DNA of 64,000 bases from Eledone cirrhosa (lineage: Eukaryota), in contig OZ024749.1 in NCBI GenBank assembly GCA_964016885.1, positions 37,448,001 through 37,512,000 on the forward strand, written 5' to 3'. Under the pieces are notes generated by a model. It searched no databases. It was given only the letters and a program-made list of their open reading frames with translations, and was not told where the DNA came from. The position numbers and the translations under genes were made by a program. Numbering within the stretch: the first letter of the stretch is position 1; every line of letters begins with the position of its first letter. Below are positions 15,479 through 28,352 of this stretch, piece after piece.

Positions 15479-15699
15479 TTATAATAAAAGGTTAAACTAA
15501 ATTAAAAAATTATAATAAAAGGTTAAAATAAGTTAAAATTAATCTATAAATTAAATTACTGAATATATATTAGTAATATTTAAAGGTTTTTCAAAATTAA
15601 TGATTACATAATATTTTCTCATCTGTAATAAAATATTAATTAAATTAAATTTATAGGTTAACTAACATTTAAAATAAATTAAATTCTAGAATAATGTTA

Positions 15700-17202
15700 T
15701 TAATTAGGTTTATAATATTTAAATGTTTTTTTTAGTTTATGATTACACGATATAATTAATTCCTGTCTTTTATTTAATAAGATATCCCTAGACTTCATTA
15801 TTTCAAATAGTTCTTGGGAACATAATCTACATTCCTTTCTATTATTTTGATAAGGGGTGGCTCTTTTGAGCACACTCCAGGTCAAATCATATTTTATATT
15901 TTTATTTTTATAACTATTGATTTTTTCTGCTAGAGATGTTGTATTAGCCAGTGCGGCATTTTTAAAGCTATGTTTGTGGGTATTATACCTTGTCTTAAAA
16001 TTGTTAGAGGTAGCTCCTATATATGAGCAAATAGAATCTTTAGTTTTAACATTACATTTATAGACTATGTTGTTAACAAGACAATTCCCTTTTAATGGGC
16101 AGTTTGTTTTGTTTCTACAGTTACATCCTTTCGTTAATTCTGTATTTGAGGAGATATTATTGTTAATTTGATGTACTGGTGGTATACTTATAGTTTTCTT
16201 ACATTTATATGCATTATATGCACTTATATTTTGTTTTATGTTATTTGTTGTAGAATATGAGAATTTAACTGTAGACCTATTTAAGATTTGATGGTATTTG
16301 TGGTTTGGCGGGAAGTTTTTCTCAAGGATATAAAAAAATTTTTTAGCAATATTATCCTTAACTTGTAAATTAAAAGGAGCATTATACCAAGTAACTCGTC
16401 TATTACGGTTTCTATGTTGTTTATTATTTTTATTATTTTTATATGTTGTATCATGATTTTTACTAGGAGGAATAATGTTAATGATCTCACCACAACTATT
16501 TTTAGTTATATTTGTAGATTTAGGTGTTTTATCTTTTTTATTAGGAGTTTTATTATTAATATTTATTATAGTCTTATGATGAGTAGTTTTTTGAGGGTTA
16601 CTATACTTTATATTAGAAGATTTAGTATTTTGGGGTATACTGTGGGTGGCATTTAGGTGTGTACTTTTCATTTGGTGTTTGTTGGTAATATTATGCTGTA
16701 TGTTTTCAGTATTTTTAGTAGAAGTTATATACTCTAATCTATTTTTGTGGCCACTTCTATCTAGAGCTTCATTATAAAAGGTCGCATTTTTATCAAATAC
16801 ATCTTGGTTAGAAGAAAGGTTAGAAATTCTAAGTGATATATTATATGCAAGGTTTTTAAGGATAGATTTAGGGTGATTAGATTGTGAGTGTATGTAATGT
16901 AAGTTTTGGTTAGGTTTATGGTAAGGTTGGTATATACCCGTAGCTAAATCTAAAGTTATATCTAGGAAATTTACTACTTTACTTGTTTTTTCAAAAGTAA
17001 TATTAAGATTATAATAGTCTTTAAGGAAAGTTCTAATATGCTTTTTGTTTTTTTCGATTTCTGAAAGGCTAAGGTTGTTAGAAAGAAGAAGACAGTCATC
17101 ACGATATAAACCACCTTTGAGGTGGGGAAAAGAGGCATTTATGTTGAAAAGGAGAAAGAGGCCCACAAGATCAGTAATTTGGGCAGAATCGCTTGAACCC
17201 AT
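15700..17202 (-). CDS. Penelope-like reverse transcriptase (C-terminal part) with GIY-YIG endonuclease, 5'-truncated
   Basis: MGSSDSAQITDLVG, GLYRDDCL catalytic motif, VNFLDITLDL, YHKP..LHYIHSQSNHP, Cys linker GCNCRNKTNCPLKGNC, IVYKC...SYIGATSNNFKTRYNTHK, CRLCSQE...LLNKRQE; 500 codons open. Confidence 0.93.
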   Translation of the reverse strand: MGSSDSAQITDLVGLFLLFNINASFPHLKGGLYRDDCLLLSNNLSLSEIEKNKKHIRTFLKDYYNLNITFEKTSKVVNFLDITLDLATGIYQPYHKPNQNLHYIHSQSNHPKSILKNLAYNISLRISNLSSNQDVFDKNATFYNEALDRSGHKNRLEYITSTKNTENIQHNITNKHQMKSTHLNATHSIPQNTKSSNIKYSNPQKTTHHKTIININNKTPNKKDKTPKSTNITKNSCGEIINIIPPSKNHDTTYKNNKNNKQHRNRNRRVTWYNAPFNLQVKDNIAKKFFYILEKNFPPNHKYHQILNRSTVKFSYSTTNNIKQNISAYNAYKCKKTISIPPVHQINNNISSNTELTKGCNCRNKTNCPLKGNCLVNNIVYKCNVKTKDSICSYIGATSNNFKTRYNTHKHSFKNAALANTTSLAEKINSYKNKNIKYDLTWSVLKRATPYQNNRKECRLCSQELFEIMKSRDILLNKRQELIISCNHKLKKTFKYYKPN

Positions 17203-17203
17203 A

Positions 17204-18113
17204 GTATGTTCGTGTAAATGTATGTGTGTGTATGACAGTATAGGTATGTGTGTATATATGTATGTGTAGATATCTCTATGTGCGCGTACATGTATGTATG
17301 TGTATGTATATCTGTATGCGTATGTACATTATATTATATGTAATATATTTTATTGTTTTTATTTTTTTATTTTTCATAATTTATAGATACATTTATATTA
17401 GGCTGTCTGGTCTGACAACCTAATACTGACCCCTCCCCCCCCCTCCCACCTAATTTCTGTATCTTGATCTTGAAATGTGTGTACCAGTGTGTTTATGTGA
17501 GTGACTTAATTTCTATTTGCTTATGATTTTATATCCACATATATAAATGTGAGTGGGGGGAGTGTGTGTGTTTGTGTGTTCGTGGTTATGTGTATATTTA
17601 TATATATACGCACATGTATGTGTGATTATACTGATATGTGTGAGTATGAAAAAAATATATTTATATGCTTGACTCCATAAGTATCATTGCGTATCTTATC
17701 AGCGCATTAAGCTTACAGAGATATTAACCTTGAAATTTTTTATTTGCATCCATCTTTTTAGTATGCACATACAAATTATACACACATTATTGTAAAATGT
17801 GTGTAGGGTTTTACATGTATATACACACACCAAACTGCTTTTTAACCCTTTGTGTTTTCATTGGTCAATTTTGAACTGATATTTTGAATTGTTGTTATTA
17901 TCAATAAATATACTTCATTATTTCTGAAGACGGCGTATATATGAGTTAGGTATGTATATTTAATCTTGATAATTTGTATAATTTTGTATAATTTTGTACA
18001 TAGATCTGTTAAATATGCATACCAATTATAACACATATATACCCTAGAAACGATCGTTAAATAGTGAACTTTTTTTGTTTAATATAAGGAATTGTTTGTT
18101 CATTATTTGTTTA

Positions 18114-18122
<9 letters not shown>
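17204..18122 (+). repeat. Inverted partial pseudo-LTR of the Penelope element
   Basis: About 919 bp reverse complement of 12241-13158; the ORF track gives an identical 64-aa peptide at 12327+ and 17842-. Confidence 0.95.
17914..18068 (+). ncRNA. Type I hammerhead ribozyme with a 116-nt stem II
   Basis: UUCAUUAUUU-CUGAAGA-[116-nt imperfect hairpin]-GAAA-C-GAUC-GUU/AAAUAGUGAA; 10-bp stem I with one G-U pair, palindromic stem III. Confidence 0.75.
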
Positions 18123-18154
<32 letters not shown>

Positions 18155-18241
18155 ATATATGTATGTATATATATATGTATATATATATATGTGTATGTAT
18201 ATATATATGTATATGTATATATATGTATGTATATATATATG

Positions 18242-18272
<31 letters not shown>

Positions 18273-18283
18273 GTATATGTATA

Positions 18284-18330
<47 letters not shown>

Positions 18331-18376
18331 GTATATATGTATATATATATATGTATATGTATATGTATATATATAT

Positions 18377-18446
<70 letters not shown>

Positions 18447-18560
18447 ATGTGTGAATGTGTGTGAATGTGTGTGTGTGTGTGTATGGGAGTAATGTGTTTA
18501 GAGAAAGAGGTACATGCTAATGTTGATGTAACTGGGTTGACGATGACGGTGATAATAATA

Positions 18561-18593
<33 letters not shown>

Positions 18594-18794
18594 TTGATTT
18601 TGATGTTGATGATGTTGATGATGATGATGATATTAATGATGGTTGAGTTGAGATGAAGATAGGAGAAATATGTCTGTTATTAATTAACTCTAGCGGAATC
18701 TGACAGAACAACAACGAGAAGAAAAAAAACAAACAAAACAAACATAGTAATATTTAATTCTATTTTAAAGGCGAAGATTTTAAATACAATTACG

Positions 18795-19260
18795 TCAGCA
18801 TCATTATCATCATTACCATCGCTATAGCCGCCATCATCATCATCATCATCATCACCATCATCATTACCATCATTACCATCACCACCATCGCTATAGCCGC
18901 CATCATCATCATCATCATCATAATAATCAGCATCATTATCATCATTACCATCACCACTATCGTTATAGCCATCATCATCATCATCATCATCATCATTATC
19001 ATCATTACCATCATTACCATCACCACCATCGCTATAGCCGCCATCATCATCATCATCATCATAATAATCAGCATCATTATCATCATTACCATCACCACTA
19101 ACGTTATAGCCATCATCATCATCATCATCATCATCATTATCATCATTACCATCATTACCATCACCACCATCGCTATAGCCGCCATCATCATCATCATCAT
19201 CATCATAATAATCAGCATCATTATCATCATTACCATCACCACTATCGTTATAGCCATCAC

Positions 19261-19314
<54 letters not shown>

Positions 19315-19407
19315 TATCATCATTACCATCACCACTATCGTTATAGCCATCACCATCATCATCATCATCATCATTATCATCATTACCATCATCATTATCG
19401 GTATAGC

Positions 19408-19455
<48 letters not shown>

Positions 19456-19500
19456 TACCATCACCACTATCGCTATAGCCATCATCATCACCATCATCAA
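18795..19500. repeat. Compound (CAT)n-derived minisatellite with ~120-bp higher-order units
   Basis: Recurring ATCGCTATAGCCGCC and ATCGTTATAGCC landmarks embedded in CAT runs. Confidence 0.9.
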
Positions 19501-19659
19501 CATCAACAGACAAACAAACAGAAGAGACTGTGTTAACAATGATTCCCAGTCAGTGTTAATTTCGTTTCTCTTAATTCGGCACGAAATCCTTCATATTTCT
19601 ATTTGTAGTTGATGTCTTTGTTGATGTCGTGGTTATTGTTGTTATTGTTGTTAGTGGTG

Positions 19660-22600
19660 GTGTTGAGGTGGTGGTGGTGGTGGTGAGAGTGTGGAAGGGG
19701 TGGTTGTGTATCTCGTTTGTTATTGTTGTTATTGGTGGTGTTTAGGTGGTGGTGGTGGTGAGAGTGTGGAAAGGGTGGTTGTGTATCTCGTTGTTATTGT
19801 TGTTATTGTTGGTGTTGAGGTGGTGGTGGTGGTGGTGGTGGTGGTGGTGAGAGTGTGGAAGAGGTGGTTGTGTATCTCGTTGTTATTGTTGTTATTGGTG
19901 GTGTTTAGGTGGTGGTGGTGGTGAGAGTGTGGAAGGGGTGGTTGTGTATCTCGTTTGTTATTGTTGTTATTGGTGGTGTTTAGGTGGTGGTGGTGGTGAG
20001 AGTGTGGAAGGGGTGGTTGTGTATCTCGTTGTTATTGTTGTTATTGGTGGTGTTTAGGTGGTGGTGGTGGTGAGAGTGTGGAAGGGGTGGTTGTGTATCT
20101 CGTTGTTATTGTTGTTATTGGTGGTGTTTAGGTGGTGGTGGTGGTGAGAGTGTGGAAGGGGTGGTTGTGTATCTCGTTGTTATTGTTGTTATTGTTGTTA
20201 TTGGTGGTGTTTAGGTGGTGGTGGTGGTGAGAGTGTGGAAGGGGTGGTTGTGTATCTCGTTGTTATTGTTGTTATTGGTGGTGTTTAGGTGGTGGTGGTG
20301 GTGAGAGTGTGGAAGGGGTGGTTGTGTATCTCGTTGTTATTGTTGTTATTGGTGGTGTTTAGGTGGTGGTGGTGGTGAGAGTGTGGAAGGGGTGGTTGTG
20401 TATCTCGTTGTTATTGTTGTTATTGGTGGTGTTTAGGTGGTGGTGGTGGTGAGAGTGTGGAAGGGGTGGTTGTGTATCTCGTTGTTATTGTTGTTATTGG
20501 TGGTGTTTAGGTGGTGGTGGTGGTGAGAGTGTGGAAGGGGTGGTTGTGTATCTCGTTGTTATTGTTGTTATTGTTGTTATTGGTGGTGTTTAGGTGGTGG
20601 TGGTGGTGAGAGTGTGGAAGGGGTGGTTGTGTATCTCGTTTGTTATTGTTGTTATTGTTGTTATTGGTGGTGTTTAGGTGGTGGTGGTGGTGAGAGTGTG
20701 GAAAGGGTGGTTGTGTATCTCGTTTGTTATTGTTGTTATTGTTGTTATTGGTGGTGTTTAGGTGGTGGTGGTGGTGAGAGTGTGGAAAGGGTGGTTGTGT
20801 ATCTCGTTGTTATTGTTGTTATTGGTGGTGTTTAGGTGGTGGTGGTGGTGAGAGTGTGGAAAGGGTGGTTGTGTATCTCGTTGTTATTGTTGTTATTGTT
20901 GTTATTGGTGGTGTTTAGGTGGTGGTGGTGGTGAGAGTGTGGAAAGGGTGGTTGTGTATCTCGTTTGTTATTGTTGTTATTGTTGTTAGTGGTGGTGTTT
21001 AGGTGGTGGTGGTGGTGAGAGTGTGGAAAGGGTGGTTGTGTATCTCGTTGTTATTGTTGTTATTGTTGTTATTGGTGGTGTTTAGGTGGTGGTGGTGGTG
21101 AGAGTGTGGAAGGGGCGGTTGTGTATCTCGTTGTTATTGTTGTTATTGTTGTTATTGGTGGTGTTTAGGTGGTGGTGGTGGTGAGAGTGTGGAAGGGGCG
21201 GTTGTGTATCTCGTTGTTATTGTTGTTATTGTTGTTATTGGTGGTGTTTAGGTGGTGGTGGTGGTGAGAGTGTGGAAGGGGCGGTTGTGTATCTCGTTGT
21301 TATTGTTGTTATTGTTGTTATTGGTGGTGTTTAGGTGGTGGTGGTGGTGAGAGTGTGGAAGGGGCGGTTGTGTATCTCGTTGTTATTGTTGTTATTGTTG
21401 TTAGTGGTGGTGTTTAGGTGGTGGTGGTGGTGAGAGTGTGGAAGGGGTGGTTGTGTATCTCGTTGTTATTGTTGTTATTGGTGGTGTTTAGGTGGTGGTG
21501 GTGGTGAGAGTGTGGAAAGGGTGGTTGTGTATCTCGTTGTTATTGTTGTTATTGTTGTTATTGGTGGTGTTTAGGTGGTGGTGGTGGTGAGAGTGTGGAA
21601 AGGGTGGTTGTGTATCTCGTTTGTTATTGTTGTTATTGTTGTTAGTGGTGGTGTTTAGGTGGTGGTGGTGGTGAGAGTGTGGAAAGGGTGGTTGTGTATC
21701 TCGTTGTTATTGTTGTTATTGTTGTTATTGGTGGTGTTTAGGTGGTGGTGGTGGTGAGAGTGTGGAAAGGGTGGTTGTGTATCTCGTTTGTTATTGTTGT
21801 TATTGTTGTTAGTGGTGGTGTTTAGGTGGTGGTGGTGGTGAGAGTGTGGAAAGGGTGGTTGTGTATCTCGTTGTTATTGTTGTTATTGTTGTTATTGGTG
21901 GTGTTTAGGTGGTGGTGGTGGTGAGAGTGTGGAAGGGGCGGTTGTGTATCTCGTTGTTATTGTTGTTATTGTTGTTATTGGTGGTGTTTAGGTGGTGGTG
22001 GTGGTGAGAGTGTGGAAGGGGCGGTTGTGTATCTCGTTGTTATTGTTGTTATTGTTGTTATTGGTGGTGTTTAGGTGGTGGTGGTGGTGAGAGTGTGGAA
22101 GGGGCGGTTGTGTATCTCGTTGTTATTGTTGTTATTGTTGTTATTGGTGGTGTTTAGGTGGTGGTGGTGGTGAGAGTGTGGAAGGGGCGGTTGTGTATCT
22201 CGTTGTTATTGTTGTTATTGTTGTTAGTGGTGGTGTTTAGGTGGTGGTGGTGGTGAGAGTGTGGAAGGGGTGGTTGTGTATCTCGTTGTTATTGTTGTTA
22301 TTGTTGTTATTGGTGGTGTTTAGGTGGTGGTGGTGGTGAGAGTGTGGAAGGGGTGGTTGTGTATCTCGTTGTTATTGTTGTTATTGTTGTTATTGGTGGT
22401 GTTTAGGTGGTGGTGGTGGTGGTGAGAGTGTGGAAAGGGTGGTTGTGTATCTCGTTGTTATTGTTGTTAGTGGTGGTGTTTAGGTGGTGGTGGTGGTGAG
22501 AGTGTGGAAGGGGTGGTTGTGTGTCTCGTTGTTATTGTTGTTAGTGGTGGTGTTTAGGTGGTGGTGGTGGTGAGAGTGTGGAAAGAGTGGTTGTGTATCT

Positions 22601-22935
22601 CGTTGTTATTGTTGTTATTGTTGTTAGTGGTGGTGTTTAGGTGGTGGTGGTGGTGGTGAGAGTGTGTAAGGGGTGGTTGTGTATCTCGTTGTTATTGTTG
22701 TTATTGTTGTTATTGGTGGTGTTTAGGTGGTGGTGGTGGTGAGAGTGTGGAAGGGGTGGTTGTGTATCTCGTTGTTATTGTTGTTATTGTTGTTAGTGGT
22801 GGTGTTTAGGTGGTGGTGGTGGTGAGAGTGTGGAAGGGGTGGTTGTGTATCTCGTTGTTATTGTTGTTATTGTTGTTAGTGGTGGTGTTTAGGTGGTGGT
22901 GGTGGTGGTGAGAGTGTGGAAGGGGTGGTTGTGTG
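19660..22935. repeat. GT-rich minisatellite, 70-80-bp unit, roughly 43 copies
   Basis: Unit GGTGGTGGTGGTGGTGAGAGTGTGGAAGGGGTGGTTGTGTATCTCGTTGTTATTGTTGTTATTGGTGGTGTTTA, with or without an extra 9-bp TTGTTGTTA. Confidence 0.97.
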
Positions 22936-23464
22936 TATGTTTACATGTTGGTGGTGGATGTTTCAGTATATCTTGTGTGTTTTGTTGTTATTATTGTTAT
23001 TGGTGGTGTTCAGATGGCGTTGAAGGTGAAGGTGAAGAGTGGGTACATGTCTGTATGCGCGCGTGCGCGCGCGTGTGTGAGTGTTGGAAGTTGTGTTTGT
23101 ATATATATATGTGTCTGTTTATATGTGTATGGATATTTCAGTAAGTGTTGTTTGTGTTCAGGTGAATATCCAAGGTGTTTATAGTCAAATTGAATGATAT
23201 TTCGTTAAAGCTAAACTTGTTTAAAACTCCATTGATTGCGAGAAAACAATCAGTTTTCTATTCTAAGTGCTTCTCATTTTATTAGACTTAATTATCTTTA
23301 AAACCGTCCCCCTCCACATATATATACTCATACACACATATCCCCACACATGTATGCATATATGCACATACACATATGCATACATACAAGCACACTCCAT
23401 ATTTGTACATGCATAATTACATATATATGGGTAGATGTTCCCCTATCTCTCTTTCTCTCTTTCA

Positions 23465-23570
<106 letters not shown>

Positions 23571-23587
23571 GTATATATATATATATG

Positions 23588-23639
<52 letters not shown>

Positions 23640-23656
23640 GTATATATATATATATG

Positions 23657-23785
<129 letters not shown>

Positions 23786-23915
23786 GCATGTATGTGGATG
23801 TAAGTTTACATATATGCATATACGTATAATGTATACGTGTGCGCATGTTTATATATATATATAATGTATGTATGTATGTATATATATGTATGTATGTATA
23901 TATATGTATGTATGT

Positions 23916-24030
<115 letters not shown>

Positions 24031-24350
24031 TATGTATGTATATATATATAGGTATGTATATATATATAGGTATGTATGTATATATATAGGTATGTATATA
24101 TATATAGGTATGTATGTATGTATATATATATATATATATATTAGCTTTCCTCTTTGTTGTTTACTTGTCTCACTCGCTTTACGCGTTTTAATTGTCCTAA
24201 TAACTTAATTTAGTTATTATTGCACCAACGTGAGGTATATGATTTTTAATGCAATGAAATATCTATGACCGTTGGCAAATCACTGATGAGGGACTCATTT
24301 TATAACATGTTATCCATGTGCAACCTGCAGTATTCTTCTCCCCATTTTTT

Positions 24351-24396
<46 letters not shown>

Positions 24397-24400
24397 TATG

Positions 24401-24460
<60 letters not shown>

Positions 24461-24468
24461 TATGTATG

Positions 24469-24506
<38 letters not shown>

Positions 24507-24514
24507 TATGTATG

Positions 24515-24606
<92 letters not shown>

Positions 24607-25366
24607 TATGTATGTATATATATAGGTATGTATGTATATATATAGGTATGTATGTATATATATAGGTATGTATATATATAGGTATGTATGTATATATATA
24701 GGTATGTATATATATAGGTATGTATGTATATATATATACATGAGATGAGAAAATCACACGTGTCTATGTTGTGTTATGTTACTATATAATGTTTCCCCCA
24801 TGTGTTTACCTATAAATCTACACAACCATCACCATTGTACTGTTACTACTGTTACGGCTGCCATGTTTGATAACACAGCAATGTCTAAACAGATCACTGA
24901 AGTCAGAATGTCTGCAGCCATATTGTATTCGTTTGTTACATCTTGTTCAGGCTCTGTTGTGAATAGTTACATTTCCCAGGATGAATCCAACACCTCTCCT
25001 TACATCACTTTCTCCCTTCCTTCCTATTTACCTTCTTTGCCTTCCTTATTCATCACGTTATTATTGTTCTTTTTTTATTTGGTTTACCTTCTTCGTCGCC
25101 ATTTTGATAGTTTTTCTTCGTTTCGTTTGTTTTGTTTCGTTTCTGTTTGATTTTTTATTATACTCATTGTTTTATTTTTTATTTTTGTTTGCTTTCTTTA
25201 TTTTCTAATTTCTTCCTTTCATCATTTCCTACATTATTATTATTATTTTTATTATTATTTACTTATCTTTATCTTTGACCTTTCATTCTTTCATCTTTTT
25301 TCGTTAATATTCTTTACCTTGGTTTCTTTTCTATTGTATTGTTCCTTTTACCTATTTCATTTCCCC

Positions 25367-25493
25367 CTTCTTCTTCTTCTTCTTCTTCTTCTTCTTCTTC
25401 TTCTTCTTCTTCTTCTTCTTCTTCTTCTTCTTCTTCTTCTTCTTCTTCTTCTTCTTCTTCTTCTTCTTCTTCTTCTTCTTCTTCTTCTTCTTC
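25367..25493. repeat. (CTT)n trinucleotide microsatellite
   Basis: Perfect run of about 42 units. Confidence 0.97.
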
Positions 25494-26675
25494 TATGTCT
25501 ATGCCTCACCTTCATTCTTACACTAATTTATCCAATATGTCTCCCGCAGTTTCTCTTTTCGAGTCCGTATCTTTTATTATTTGAGAGAAGTTATGCTTCT
25601 ATTTCTAGTAGGTCAGTTGACCACATGGAATCTTCGTCGAATAGGTATGCTAGGTTTGACTGACGTTTTTCAATCCACTTGCCCTATTCTGATCCCTTTT
25701 ATCTGCTATAGAAATCCAACCCCGATTGAAACCACGCCTAAGGATCACCACTAATCTAATATCACCACCACCACCATGAGACCAAGCGAGGGTTGTCTCG
25801 ATCAAGCCGGATATTAAGCTGATATCTGGTCCTTACGTATATGTTACCGACCGTTGGAATATGTTGAATATCTATGGTCAGCGTACATGTTATTGAAGCT
25901 CTGGTTGGGTTCGTCATGACCATCTCTAGTCGAATGCCGATACTTTGCTTGCATTTTAATAAAACATAGGAGCAAGCAAATGTCCTATCATCCTGATAGT
26001 CCCAGTGTCCTTTCACCATAAATAACAAGTACCACCACTAGGCTATCGTAAACATAACTGCGTCCACCAGCCTGACCACCACCAGGCCACCCGGCTACCT
26101 TGGCCCACTCAACGTGTGCCGAAGCTAAGATATTCCGCCTAGAATGGGTGTTTAATCTGCCTTTCCCACTCCCTTTCGCTTACTTTCACGATGTTTTCTC
26201 TCTTTTTCGTTGTATATTTTTAATATGCAAACGGCGATGAAGTGTAACTTTGTTCTATTTCATTTTAAAATGTAATAAATTATTTCACAATTTTAAGAAT
26301 GAGAACATATAACTTCTGTGTAATAACAACTTCCAAAATTTGATTATATTAAAAATTCACCAAAAGAAATATGTAATCCACTCCTTAAAAATATAGTAAC
26401 AAAAGGGTTAAGATGGTGGTAATGGCGAGAAAGCATACTTTCGTTCTTGTCTCCCTTCCTCTCTCTCTCCTTCTCTCTTTCTTTCTTTCGCTTCTTTTTT
26501 AAATTTAAAACCTACTGACATTTGACCTCGTTTGAGAAATATTGGCGACAACAATTTGTGTCGACAATCACACCAATTAAAAGCCTCACGTCACATCAGT
26601 AGAATTAAACACAGACACAGACATACATACTTACATAGATACATACATACATACATACATACATACATACATACA

Positions 26676-26708
<33 letters not shown>

Positions 26709-26792
26709 GTAAAAGGTAAACAGAAATAACAAAACAAACGGCACAGTATATGGAAGGAATATATTAGTTTAACGCTTGAAATAGTAGGAATA

Positions 26793-26822
<30 letters not shown>

Positions 26823-26823
<1 letters not shown>

Positions 26824-27019
26824 ACGAAGGAAATGTGGTAAAGAACCAGGTGGACCATAACGCACCAAAGTACTCAATACTTAGGGTAGCAGAGTGGGTA
26901 ATAGGAACCAGTAAGACCCAGACGGCTGAGCTCAAGCCGTTTCGACGGCTAATTCTGGACTACAGAATTAGCCGTCGAAACGGCTTGAGCTCAGCCGTCG
27001 GGGTCTTACTGGTTCCTAT
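26823..27019 (-). mobile_element. Fold-back half-hammerhead element, family H2, copy 1
   Basis: 78-nt tail plus 57-bp arms (26901-26957 / 26963-27019) carrying GAAA-CGGCT..AGCCG-TC; flanked by (TA)n. Confidence 0.85.
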
Positions 27020-27200
27020 ATATATATATATATATATATATATGTAAGTAAGTTAATTTTATAATTTTCTTATTTTACGTCTCTCATATTATTGTTCTGC
27101 AACCCCATGCATTGAACCGCAAAGTTACTAAGACAAAACCTATATATTTGCTAGCATTGATATGCATCTGTATGTATATATATGTTACTAGGTATTAATT

Positions 27201-27241
<41 letters not shown>

Positions 27242-27454
27242 AACAAAAGATGGTTAAAGGAGTTCCATGTATTTTATTATGCGCATTTCAAAAACAAATA
27301 TCATCATGCAATAATATTTGTGTTTTCATCAGATAAAACAGGAGGACATGATATGAAGGCTAAAAAACACTTGTGGATAGTGCAGTTTTAAATCAACATC
27401 TGCATTGCTTTATTGTACTACAATAAAACTCACCTCCTACATATATATATATAT

Positions 27455-28004
27455 ATAAAATATTAAAAAAATAATGAATAAAACAATGAAACAGTTCCTT
27501 ATATTAAACAAAAAAAGTTCATTATTTAACGATCGTTTCTAGGATATATATGTGTTAGAATTGGCATGCATATTCAACAGATCTATGTACAAAATTATAC
27601 AAAATTATACAAACTATCAAAATTAAATATACATACCAAACACATATATATGCCGTCTTTTTCTGAAGACGGCATATATATGTGTTTGGTATGTATATTT
27701 AATTTTGATAGTTTGTATAATTTTGTATAATTTTGTACATAGATCTGTTGAATATGCATGCCAATTCTAACACATATATATCCTAGAAACGATCGTTAAA
27801 TAATGAACTTTTTTTGTTTAATATAAGGAACTGTTTCATTGTTTTATTCATTATTTTTTTAATATTTTATCTTGACTCTGTATTCCGTTTATCTTTCACC
27901 GAAAGTGATTTTTCATTGCATCCCTTCTTTCCATGATATCCGGATTACATTGAGTTCTTCATACGGATTGGACACTACCGTAAACTCTTGGTAGATTTAT
28001 CTAC
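27455..28004 (+). mobile_element. Solo fold-back derivative of the Penelope pLTR
   Basis: Perfect ~205-bp arms 27455-27659 / 27666-27870 pivoting at the CTGAAGA core, plus a 134-nt tail homologous to 12107-12240. Confidence 0.92.
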
Positions 28005-28021
28005 ATATATATATATATATA

Positions 28022-28250
28022 TTGTTGTACAAACTTGGTATAAATATCCAAGGGGTGTAGAGCACTGAGACTGCAAGATGAGTTATGTATAATCAGTTAC
28101 AACAGAGATATATTACTGCAGGTACTTGAGTTTCGTTGGTTTGTTTATACCAACTAATTCAGTCTGTCATAATAACAGTGGCCCATCGTTATTATGACAG
28201 ACTGAATGAGTTAGGATGAACAACCCAACGAAACTTAAGTACCTGTGATA
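28022..28250 (-). mobile_element. Fold-back half-hammerhead element, family H3
   Basis: Imperfect arms 28119-28176 / 28188-28245 with GAAAC-TTAA-GTA; ~95-nt tail; related to 44380-44587. Confidence 0.7.
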
Positions 28251-28277
28251 TGTATATTACACACACACACACACACA

Positions 28278-28352
<75 letters not shown>

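Larger units (their letters stand above)
12107..18122 (-). mobile_element. Penelope-like retroelement, 5'-truncated, with 3' pLTR plus tail and an inverted partial pLTR, inserted in (TA)n
   Basis: RT+GIY-YIG ORF at 15700-17202; 17204-18122 is a near-perfect inverted copy of 12241-13158; 134-nt tail 12107-12240; (TA)n on both flanks. Confidence 0.92.

Noticed and set aside
18680-19539. Asp-rich 277-aa ORF resembling an acidic biomineralisation protein
   Set aside because: (CAT/GAT)n-derived repeat open in several frames, with no signal peptide or non-repetitive domain; the same applies to 61528-61990
19660-22935. CRISPR-like or telomere-like array
   Set aside because: No unique spacers, eukaryotic context, and the unit is not a TTAGGG-type repeat
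24222-24345. CTGATGAGGGA motif in a repeat also seen at 62920-62998
   Set aside because: The dispersed repeat is real, but there is no properly placed GAAA, so a hammerhead cannot be supported
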